Below the pieces are notes generated by a model that ran no database searches, was not told where the DNA came from, and saw nothing but the letters and a program-made list of their open reading frames with translations. A stretch of DNA of 20,000 nucleotides from Protoeuglena noctilucae (Eukaryota). Location: assembly GCA_958009085.1 (NCBI GenBank), contig OY253687.1, positions 867,259 to 887,258 of the forward strand, in the 5' to 3' direction. Made by a program: the position numbers and the translations under genes. Positions 1 through 12,400 of this stretch are shown one piece after another; within the stretch, counting starts at the first letter, position 1; every line of letters begins with the position of its first letter.

Positions 1-36
1 TCTGCCCCAGCGCGTCCCCGCCTGCGCGCTGCTCAC

Positions 37-119
37 GTCTGCATCTGCCGTAGCTGGTCCAGCACGTCGCGCTCGACATGACCGAATCCCGCGGGAAGAA
101 CCGCGCCCCTCGAGCCCAT
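37..119 (-). CDS. Possible first exon of a gene running off the left edge (MGSRGAVLPAGFGHVERDVLDQLRQMQ...)
   Basis: ATG at 119-117 in GCG-ATG-G context, 27 open codons, then a GTGAGC donor at 36-31. No homology recognised. Confidence 0.3.
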
Positions 120-824
120 CGCGCGGGGCGAGGGCCGCGAACAGCGCGCCTGCGCGTGCCGAGTCTAGCCCCGCTGCGTCGCCGCAGGGGACCCCGGGAC
201 GGGCTTCTGCCCCTCTACGCTATCAAGAGCTACAGGCGACCCCCAAAACAAACCCAGAGGCGCCCCCGCGCTGCTAGCCCATTGTCAACGACGCATGCAG
301 GTGCGATGCGAGCTCCGCCGAGCCTGCCTGCGAGAGAGAGCCCGGGCGGCTGCACTTGCGGTCGCGTCACATAAGGCTGGCGAACGAGGGCCCCGGTGCC
401 CATGGGACCGCACCCGGGTGCAAGAACCCCGGTGGTCGGGCCGCAAGAGCTCGTGGGCGCCCCGCGGGCCGGCAGCCATGAGGATCGCAGGCGCCCTCGT
501 CGCAAACAACGTCCATCTGCGACTGTCGCCGACCCTCCTGACCAGGTGCGGAGCAGATGCCGGGGTGCCGACCGCCGACGATGGATCGCCGCCCCTTTCG
601 CGGGGATTCCGCGGCCCCGAAGATCTTCGATGCTGCAGCGCTCATTAGACGCGACGCTGGGTGGGGGAGGGGCCCGCAAGGGATCGCGGGGACCGATTGC
701 TGTCCGGCGGTGGTTCTCGACCAGCCCGGGGCGCGATCCGGCCCGGGCCCCGCACGGCGCGGTTTCGATGAAGGAATTCGTCGATTCTCGGCGCAGGAAG
801 CATAGCCCGCGGGCGCGCGCAGCC

Positions 825-2726
<1,902 letters not shown>

Positions 2727-3053
2727 TGCGGAGGGGTGGCGGTTGCTGGGGCGGCGCGGTTTCCGAGCGATCCGCCTCCGCTCAGCCGCGGCCTGAGTGC
2801 GCTGGGCGCGTTGCCGCCCTCTTGCTAGAAGGGTGGCGTTGAAACCGCTCAGCTGACACTGGGTCACACCCTCACTGGCGCGCCTGCCAGCACCTGCGCT
2901 AGACACCTGGCGCTAGGGACGAATCTTCTACAACACTCACCCCGCCTCGCCTGCGCCGGCCGTGCCCCCCGCTCTTGGCCGCCCAGCCTTGAACGGGCGT
3001 GGGGGCACCGGCGAGGGGCGGGCCTCGCAGCGTCGACGAGGCCAGCCACTGAC

Positions 3054-4111
3054 ATGCCCCGCCACATGTATGGCATGACGCGCCTTATCCGCCTGCCCGC
3101 GCCGCGCGCCGTGCCCTGCCCCCGGTCGTCTTCGCCACCTGCCCGTCCATCGGATGTGCCCCTGGAGGGTCGTCGGCTGCAACTGGGCGCAAGCACCGTG
3201 GCCCTGACGCTGGCTTTGCTGACATGTGATGCTGTCGCGGAGCCGTTGGGCGCTCGGCTGGGCGGTGCGGACGCGGAGACCGTGCTGAACAGCGTGCTCG
3301 GCGCGTACGGTCTTCCGGGGCTCAAGCTCGGTCCCGAGAGATTCGTGGTGTACGACGATTTCGACAATGCATTCGTTTTCGAGTATCCGAGGTGCGATGG
3401 CGCTTCCCGGCCCCTGGGTGCTGGTCCCGTCTGGATTCGCCACATCGCCCCCGTCCCCTCGACACGCGATGCGCCGGCGTTTCGCTGCAGGGGATGGGTC
3501 GGACGCCCTAACCGCGAGCGACCTGGCGTCGTCTTCAGCAACTTCCAGACGGCGGACCAGCTCTCCGTCGAGGTCTTCCCGAGCGCAAAGGGGGACCTGG
3601 TGGCCCAGGCCGTCCAGGCGCTGGTGCGGGCGGGGTGGCGTGCTGCCGACAGCAATTCGCGGGCGGGTGGGGCCTGCACCGCCCTGCCATCCCCCGCGCA
3701 CCGTGCGTCCCTCGCAGGTCGTCCCGCCGGGGCTGGCGAGCGGAGACTCGAAGCTCTCGGCCCCGAGCATCCGCAGCGTCAAGTCAGAGGTGCGGGAGGT
3801 GGACGGATTCCAGTACACCTTCATCGCCTTCACGAGCGAGACGACGACGCGGTCGGGGTACGACGTGCGTAGGAAGCACGTGGCGGTGGCGGCAGAGGTG
3901 CGCGGGCACAGCTGGCTGCGGGAAACCAGCGGTCATCGGTGCCACGCATGTGATGGGCGTGTGGTGTGGATGACCACTGGCTGAGGTCCTTTCTCGTCTG
4001 CAGAAGAGGGGCCAGGTGTACGTGCTTGGCTGCAGCGTGCGAAGCGACAAGTGGGACGCGGACAAGGCGGCCCTCGTGCAGCACGTTTTGGACTCGTTCC
4101 GCGTGCGATAG
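3054..4111 (+). CDS. PsbP-domain thylakoid lumen protein; join(3054..3391,3491..3623,3718..3897,4004..4111), ~252 aa; start ATG uncertain
   Basis: Ser/Pro/Arg-rich transit-like N-terminus, RR followed by a hydrophobic stretch and AVA (Tat-like signal), F-x-F-E-Y-P-x-x-W motif, and C-terminal HVAVAAEKRGQVYVL...W...VLDSFRV typical of the PsbP/Mog1 fold. Three phase-consistent GT-AG introns. Confidence 0.8.
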
Positions 4112-4307
4112 TGAGTCGCGACAGAGCTGAGCTTTCAAAGCAGAGCGATCCGACTGCACGTCACAGGGCGCACGGTGCAAGGGTTGACCAGCTGCATGGC
4201 AGGTCGCCTGAAGCGGGCAGCGTGCGTGGCGACCCACTGCCGACCGCTCTCGTGGCGGTATCTCAAGAGCAGGCAGCGTCAGGCGGTGTGCGCAGCCAGT
4301 CGTAGCC

Positions 4308-5249
4308 CTAGGCATCCGCGTCCCCTCGCGTATCCTTGTACAGCGCCGCAGGGCTGAACTCGTAGTAAGCGCGCACGAACTGCAGCTTGGCGTCCTCCCT
4401 GCCCATGCCCTTGAGCGCGTCCCAGGCATCCCACCGGGCCCTGCACGGGGAGGGCCACCACGCATGTCGTGATGCAAGCCGGATGCTGCGGGCACGCAAG
4501 GCCCCCATTCGCCGCACCTGGCGCCGCACTCACCTGCCGTCGAAGTCGATGCCGCCCTTCTCCGCCCACATGGGCCTCTCAGCCGTGTTGTCTCCGCTCT
4601 CTGCCTGGGAGTGCAGGGCCGCCAGCGTGTAGTACTCGTCGGGCTTCATCGTCGCACCGCCGGGCTTGGAGATGATGCGCCACTTCAGGGTGGGGTACTT
4701 GGCCACGAGGGCAGGGTACTCGGCTGCGGGCGTGGGCACGGGCACGCAAGGGCATGCGTCGGCACATCGCACGGTCTTCCAAAGGCTGACGTGAAGATGT
4801 GCTTGATCGACGCCGCGTTCAGAGCATGCTCATGCAGGCCCCGTCCACGTCGAGTCCTCCCCCCCTCTCCCCACCTTTGTCGTAGCTCTCCTTGATGTGA
4901 GCGCTCTTGGGCTTGTCGTCCTGGGCGACGGCCGCGCCCTGCTTGGGGCCTGACTCGGCACGCAGCTGCTGTCGCTTGAGGAGCTTGAGCTCGTGCCGCG
5001 CGAACCGAAGCCGCTGCCGCGACGGGCCTGCAGTGGGAGCCGTGGCCTGGGCGAGACACTGAGTCACCGAGTCCCCAGCCCTGGCCGTCTCTACGCACGC
5101 GACGGACGCCCCAGCGAGCCCTCACCGGGTGTTTCGGCCAGATGCGCCGCCTTCTCAATGGCCTGCTGGATTTTCGCCACGTCTTTGGACGCCACAGCCG
5201 CGTCCAGGAGACGCACGGCCTCCGGGGCCGGGAGGGGGCTCTGGACCAT
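4308..5249 (-). CDS. Acyl-CoA-binding (ACBP) domain protein with N-terminal extension; complement(join(4308..4440,4534..4723,4875..5027,5126..5249)), 199 aa
   Basis: C-terminal YYTLAALHSQAESGDN...RP....[27 protein letters not shown] matches the ACBP consensus (LY.L.KQA..GD....P...D..G.AKW.AW..LKG.....A...Y). Four exons with consistent phases, 600 nt. Confidence 0.85.
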
Positions 5250-5957
5250 CTCCACGCCTGGACTCAAATGTACTGCATATAGGAGAATTCAGTCGTTTCA
5301 CATTTGCTGCAATCCGGGTCCCTGCGCGCCGCGCACAAGGCGTGTCCCTCTGTATTCCCCTGCAACCCGCGTGGTCGCTGCGACCGACAATCCAGCCCGT
5401 GGCGTGCACCGGCAGCTACAGCTAGCGATTGGTAAGCTCCAGCAGTGCGTCCGGCGATGCTTCGTCCGCCGAATTCGCGAGACCATGGACATACCTGCGC
5501 TGCTGCAGCCGATGTGCGCCCGGCCGAGCGCGCCAGCTCTGATTAGGCTGCCGAGATCACGAGAAATAGTACAGTTGCAATGAGGCAGCACAAAGCTATC
5601 GCAGCCCGGCCGTCGCGTTTCCCGATGGTGCCCCTGACGCACCAAACCTGACACGGCGTTGCGGGCGGGGATGCACGGGGCGATCTGACCGTTTGGTTCG
5701 GATGTCTGCCCATGACTGCATCTAGGAGGGTCGGCGCTGCGGTCCGCGAATCGAGGATTTCTGAGCAGAGAGCGTAATTTTGTGTGTGACTTGCCTCTCG
5801 CCTGTGACGGGGCTGCCCCGCTGCGATCGGGAACAATAGCTAGCTCCCGGGTCGCCCGTGAGAAGAGGGGGTCGTTCATCAGGGCAGCACGACCCTAGGT
5901 TCCCGGAGGCGCTGGACTCGCAGCCTGGCGACGCGATCCGCCGAAAGCCCGGCCGCC

Positions 5958-6826
5958 ATGGATGCCCTTCGCTCTCTCGCGCGTCAGAACTGGCGCTCGC
6001 ACTTTGCGCAGGCGCTCTCGCTCGGCATGGTTGTCTCAGGCGAGTGCTCACTGTGCGGGATCGCAGATGGGCGCGACGCTCGTGCGCCCCGCGCGCGATG
6101 GCGGCCCGTTCCGGCGTTGACTGTTGCCTCCTGTCACGAGGCGCGGCCGGATCGGCAGCGGGCGGGCCGAGTCGCGCGCTGCGGTACCTCGCAGGGGCGC
6201 TGATCGTGTGGAAGGTGCTCATGCTCGCGACGGGCAGCGAGTCCCCCGTCGTGGTGGTGCTGTCGGGGTCCATGGAGCCGGGTTTCTACAAGGGCGACAT
6301 GCTGGTCCTCAACATGCCCTCCCCCGCGCACCCGGTCGGGGTGGGCGACATCGTGGTCTTCAATGTGGAGGACAAGGCCATCCCCATCGTGCACAGGTGA
6401 GGGCGAGCAAGCACTCGAGAGTCGCGTCGACTGCGCCATCGTGTGCGCGTGATTGCACCCTCCCTGCCTGCCTTTTGCAGGGTCATTGAGTTCCACGAGC
6501 GCCGTGACGTGCCGGCTGTGGCCTTCGACGCGGTGACCAAGGGAGACAACAACGCCATGGATGACCGACTGGGGGGCATTTACACGGGCAAGATGGTGAG
6601 TGCAGTTAGTGGGATGGGAGGATGGGAGCTGTCCCTGCCATGCGTGGCACACACCCGCGGGTTGCCTCTCCCGCAGAGCTGGCTCAGCGCCAGGCACATC
6701 CTGGGCCGCGTAATCGCGTACGTGCCCTACATGGGCATGATGACCATATGGATGAACGAGTCCCTGGCATTCAAGGTCGGCCTCATCGGCTTCCTGGGGT
6801 TCATGGTGCTCACGACCAAGGACTAG
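5958..6826 (+). CDS. SEC11: Signal peptidase complex catalytic subunit (S26B); join(5958..6039,6195..6396,6481..6595,6677..6826), 182 aa
   Basis: [15 protein letters not shown] (catalytic Ser), GDIVVF, PIVHRV (catalytic His), TKGDNN..DDR, PY.G..TI.MN. First intron needs a GC donor (CAG|GCGAGT at 6040). Confidence 0.96.
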
Positions 6827-7707
6827 GACTAGCCAGCGATGGGGAGCGAAGCAGGGCTGAGCAGCGGGGGAGGCGTGGGCGGGCGACCTGCGCCGACTGT
6901 GTTCGGTGCGCGTGCCTTTGCAGCGCTTGCTTGCAGCCCCAGCCTCTCAGCTCCCATGAAGTATGAGTGTGTGTTCACGGGCAGCAGTGGCAGTGTGCTT
7001 GGATAGGTCACAGCGCACCCCTCAGCGTGGAGACTGCACGTGCCGGCCCACGGGTGAGGTCGGGGATTGCATGGACGGCTTGCTTGCTGCGCCGCGGCTA
7101 CCGAGCCGCAGAGGTGACGGGAGAAGGAGCTGCGCTTTAGCGACGGTGGGTGGTGAGGCGTGGTGGGCCATGGAGGGGGCGCACGAGCACCCGATGTGCC
7201 ACGACGCCCTCGCTGACGTGCAAGCCTGCCCTGCTGCACCTCACCCCATCAGGCGAGCGCGGCAGTCACACCGGCACCCTCTGCGCACAGGCCAGCATCT
7301 GCATTCCGCACAGATCCCGAGAGTCGCACACATTAACATGCCCCACTTCTACCCCGCCAAGTGCCGCTGCCGCTGCCTCTGCTCCGTGGGCGTGGCCGAG
7401 GGGCAGGCCGCGTCGCTGCCGGGCGTCCCATCGCACACACAGCCTCTCTGTCTCGCCCGTCATTGAGGGCTCAGGGTGGCTGATAAGGCAGTGCCCCTGG
7501 AGATGCCGTGCCCCGCAGCGTCGGTGCGTTGCTGGTCATGGCTGGTGTTGTGTGCCGCAGCCGGGGCCGAGGCGCTCGTCGCGCCGGCAGCGCACCGTCG
7601 CAGGCGGGCCATGGCGCTGCACGTGCCCTGATGACAACCTTCTATACCCGAGGGACCCGGCGAGGTCCGTTTACCTTCACCTGCACTGCGCCCGCCTGTC
7701 GTCATGG

Positions 7708-7839
7708 GTGAGGCGAGCGACGCGCCGGCTGGCGCGCGTATTGCCTGCGATGCCGTCCATGGCTGGCGGAGAAGGTGCTTTTGTCAAGGGGGGCTGAAGA
7801 GGGTGTTGCGGCTGAGTTCTCTTGTGCGCTGAGGTGCAA
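7708..7839 (+). repeat. Diverged direct repeat, copy A (~130 bp)
   Basis: Begins GTGAGGCGAGCGACGCGCCGGCT, identical to 8721-8743, and stays alignable through CCTGCGATGCC, ATGGCTGG and CTTGTGCGCT. Confidence 0.8.
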
Positions 7840-8720
7840 GGGCTGGGGACGCCAGGAACTTCCTGGATGCCCCGGCGCGCTGGAAAACGCAAGTGACGCA
7901 GCGCAGGAAACGAGCTGCGAGGGCGGAGAGCGCCTGTGACACAGCACGGCCTGCAGAGTTGCACAGACCTGAGTGACGGGAGTCGTTGCCTGGGGCAGAG
8001 GCGGCGACGATTGCGGTTTTGGGCATGGGCAGGGAGGATAGCGTGCGTGAGCGAGGCCACGGGGGCTGCGAGGACTTCGCTGCACGGGCGTAGGCAAACT
8101 TCTACATTGCTGAGAGCGTGCGTGAGGTGGGCGGGCCAGCAGACGAGCTCTTGGCGGCACAGGCGGGCTCAGCGGCAAGGCGGGCGGGACGTTGGACGTG
8201 TGACCTGTCCGCGGCCGCACGGAGCCCAGACGAGCAGCTTACGCGCTCCTTGATTCGGAAGACGCTCATGATGGCTTTGCACGCGCTGTTCGCTGGCTCG
8301 GTGCGCTGTGGTGCGTCTCGCGGCCCGTGCTGGAGGGAAAGGGATTTACGGCCTCTTTTTTGAAGCTATGGCACGCAGCGATGGAGGTCTGAGCGGAAGG
8401 TGTCACGGAGTAGCTGGAAGCGGGGTTGTCTGGGTTCTGGTGTCGGTGAGGTGCTCACGCTTGCCACCCCTGCCAGCGACCGGCGACGCGTGGTCGCGTG
8501 GGGCCAACGCACTCACTTCCAGAGGCCAGTATCCGGGCGCTTATGGTCCTCTGTGCGTCGCGGCATGTGCACATGCACGGGAGCTGCGGGCTGGGCCGCA
8601 GGCCTGGCGCTGTGCAGTGGGTGCCGGCAGCATGTTTGGGTGGTGGTCGAGGTGTGTCAAAGGACCGTTGAGAGGAGTAATTCCCAATGTCTGCGCCCGC
8701 GGGGGACACCGGGGTTGCAG

Positions 8721-8851
8721 GTGAGGCGAGCGACGCGCCGGCTCATGCGTGCATTTCCTGCGATGCCTGCTATGGCTGGAGGGATGGGCGCCCTTTGTCT
8801 GAGGGGGTTGGCGAGAGTTGGTGCGGCAAAGCCTTGTGCGCTTTGGGGCAA
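8721..8851 (+). repeat. Diverged direct repeat, copy B (~130 bp)
   Basis: Alignable by eye to 7708-7839. Confidence 0.8.
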
Positions 8852-9468
8852 TGAAGGTGCAGCTGGTCGAGGTCCGGGGGTGCTGGTGTGCCGCTTGGCT
8901 CCGGGGGGCTTGTGGCGTCGGGGCGGGGGGGCGGGTCCGTCTTGGGCTGGGCGAGCTTGCTCCGGGCTCCGGCGTCCGCGTGCACGTCGGTCTGCGGTTA
9001 AAAATGCGTAGGGAAGAGCGCGCCGAATCGGCCGCCCGGACCGCTCTCTGGCGCCCCGGTCATACCCTGCTCCACCCGTCCGGCCTTCTCTTCCGTTCGA
9101 CCGAGCATTACGGCGGGAAACGCGTATAACGACCCTGTGCTAGCGTCTGATCCCATAGAGGCGACCTGGCGTCGCCAGGCGTTCCGTACCGTCGCGCCGA
9201 ATTTTAGGCCTCGGCCTGGTTCGCGCCCGCTCGAGACCGCTTGCGAGCGTCCTAGTCTAGATTTTCTGGCAGCTGACGGCTCCGTTGTCCACCCGGGCGC
9301 TCCCAGGCAGCCGCATTCCGGTGTAGAGCTGGGTGAGCAATTGGGGACCGCTGCACCCGTGTAACCGTCCAATTCGCTCGCCGTCGCCCCCAGGCACTAT
9401 ATCAATGATCTCCGACACGCGCACGCAGGAGAGGGACGCCCGGGCGTCTTCCCGCCCGCGCCCGCGCG

Positions 9469-12400
9469 ATGGCCTTAAGTTTAGACGGAGGGCCCGGTGA
9501 CAGGCGAGCGGCGCGGTGCCTGCATCGGTCCTCTGTCATCCTCTCGTGCTGCCGTGCTCCCCGGCGAATCCTCCGCGGCGCGCGGAGAGCGGGAGCGGGC
9601 CCACCAACATTCCCCCGCCTACCCACAGCATGCTGAACCCGGGCCAGCGCACTCGTTTGATTTACCGCAATCGGAACGACGACGACCTCAAGAACCAGGC
9701 GGAGCTGGGCAGAGGGATCCTCTTGACCCCCAACGTGCAGATGTCGTTCGCGGCCGACTCGATCAAGAACATGTGGCTGAACGAACGCGGGGAGACGCCG
9801 GCCCTGGTGTACGTCGCCATGGCGGATCTCCAGAACCTCCCTATCGAAGTCCCGACGCACTCAACTGACGGAGAGAAGCTTCGTCTCGTCAAGATCGGCT
9901 TGGGGTCGTTCTACCGGGACGGTGCGCTTCCGTCGCGCGTGGCGGACATGAAGGCCGCTTACCTGCAGATCCTCGGGTGTAGTCGGTGAGTGGCGCGGTG
10001 GTGGCGTTCGCGCGGCTAGCGCGGATGAATGTTTTACGATGAGTGTGACGGTGCCATGCCGCATGCCGACGGTAGCTATCGGTTTGTTTTTTTTGTTGGG
10101 CTTTGGCTTGGGTTGACGTCCGGGTAACGTGAGCACATTAGCGTGCCTGTTGGGGTTTCGACTCCATCATGAGTCGATGCGTTAGGCCTGTGTGTGCCAG
10201 ACGTATGGGTTGGGCCCACGCCTGCGAGAAACAGCAACCCACGCCCGTCCATCCATGCGCATGCTCCCATCCCCCCTTCCCACAGGACGGAGGTCCCCAT
10301 GAACCGGAGGAAGGGCGTGACCATGGAGAAGGTCTTGCAGTGCGCGACGGTGCACCTGTGGCACCCCGACCTCTCCAACCTGCTCATCTCGGGCTACTCG
10401 GAGTGCCGAATCATGACTGAGGCCCAGGCAAGTGGGGAAGCGCTCTATCCGCGCGGGGGGCTGTGGGATGAACCTTGACCGGGACCGCTGCTCGATGTAC
10501 ATGACGCAGTTCAAGGCTACGGCGGAGGCGTTGGACAGCCTGGCGAAGGAGTGGCGCCATGCCACGGACGCCGAGCTGGTGCGTCGGGCGTGGGCAGCTG
10601 GAGGGAGCATCAGCCCTTTGTACGCTAACAACGACGCGTTCAAGGGCCTCCCGCCCGAGGCCTGGTTCGAGGGGCGATCCCAGGATCAAGACCGCGCAAG
10701 AGGAGGCTTTTAAGGTGACGTTGAGGGCGGCGGCGACGAGGGGGAGCGGGTCGGGCGACCCGCTTTGGCGGCATCGGCCGCGCCGCACAACATCATTGCT
10801 TACTGCTCGCACGTGGTCCGCAGCGGTGTGTCATGGAGTCCCCCACCCTGCGCACGTTTGTTGAGAAAGTGGAGGGCTCCCTACCCCTCGTGGCAGAGTG
10901 GACGCCCATCAGGTGCGACGCGCCCGTGGGCTACGCCACCATCCCTTCCAAGGGCGGGGCGCGGGCGCAGGCGCTGGCGGGGGGGCGGTGGACCGTGCAG
11001 CAGCGCGGCGACGGCACGGTTGCCGTCTGCCCCGTGCACTCTGCTTCTCAGGACGGGGCCGAGGGGCAGGCACAGCCGTCGGAGGCCGCTGGGGCCGAGG
11101 GGCAGGCGCCGCCGTCGGGGGCCGCTGGGGCCGCCGGGCGCCGCGTGCGACAGCTGGGTGAGGCAGCGTGCCGTGCTTGTCCGCGGCCCGTTTCCGGCTG
11201 CACACGCTTGTCGAGGGCCGGACCCGTCCCCTCCGCAGATGGGTGGTGGGACGAGGAGGGGTTCAGGCGGCTGGCCAGGATTCACATCTTTGGCGGTTAT
11301 CAGCCGGAGCGCGCATCCCCTTACGGCAAGAACATCACTTTCCAGGACACGTTGGTGAGTGCGCTGGCCGCGGTCGGGCCTGTCCTCAAATTCGCCGGCC
11401 GGCATGACAACGGGCTCCCTTACGGCTCGCAGGAGACGACGGAGGGACAGCGGTTCCTAGCGGCCTTTCTCAACGGTCGGGGGCGCGCCGCCGCAGCGAC
11501 GGCGAGCCGCAAGCCGGGCTTTCGCGTGGCCTGGGCGCAGTGCCTGGCTGAGCATGGCAGGGAGGGGCCGGCCACGGACGCCGAGCGGGCCCGCATCGAG
11601 GCCGCCGTCAAGAAGGTGGAGGCGCGTGGCGACTACACGTCGGGGCCGGCGGCGGAGGAGGACAGCCTGGAGCTGGTGGAGCTTTTCCGGGAGGTGAAGC
11701 GGGCGCTGGACGCGGACGGCCAGCTCACGGGGTGGACGGCCGACCAGATGCAGCTTTGCTGGGAGGCGGGCCAGGTCGCCAGGCGCCGCGTGGCGGCGGG
11801 CATGACCCGCCTGTCACAGGGCGAACTCAAGGCCGTGGAGGACGTGCTGGAGGCAGAGCCCGACATCCACCTGGACCTCCCGGCGGTCAAGGCGAGCGCG
11901 CGGTGGGGACGGACGACCGGGGCACCTCTTGATGCATGACGCCATGACGTGACGTGATGGCTGGCCCGCAGGAGGCTGCGGTGGCGAGGCTGCGTGAAAA
12001 ACGGAGCCACGTGGGCCGCCTGGGCGAAGCAAGCCACATGTCCATGTGGGCGCTCGTGCAAGGCATCCGCGGGGGGCGCCGTGGGACGTCCGGACAGAAG
12101 CTGATGTGGACGGAGGAGGACAAGGACCTGCTCGCGTGCTTGCGGTGGGAGCTGGAGGAGCAGGTGCGGCGCGCATGCCCCGCCAGTCTTGGGCTATTAG
12201 GCTCGCTTCACGTTTGCTCCCCTTGCCCCAAGGGGCTAGGGCCACCCACAATATGGGCATAGCACGCTGACATTCGCAGCGCATCGGGGGGGACGGCGAC
12301 GCCACGGGCGACGATCATAGCATGACGGCGCTTTTTGGCTACTTCCCCGGTCGGTCGGAGGACGCGATCCGGTCGAAGGCGCTCGAGATGACGCTGCATG

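Noticed and set aside
6830..9400. Numerous 60-215 aa ORFs
   Set aside because: No codon bias, motif or consistent exon chain; expected by chance at this GC content. 9137-9332 could be an upstream exon of the orphan gene but has no in-frame ATG.
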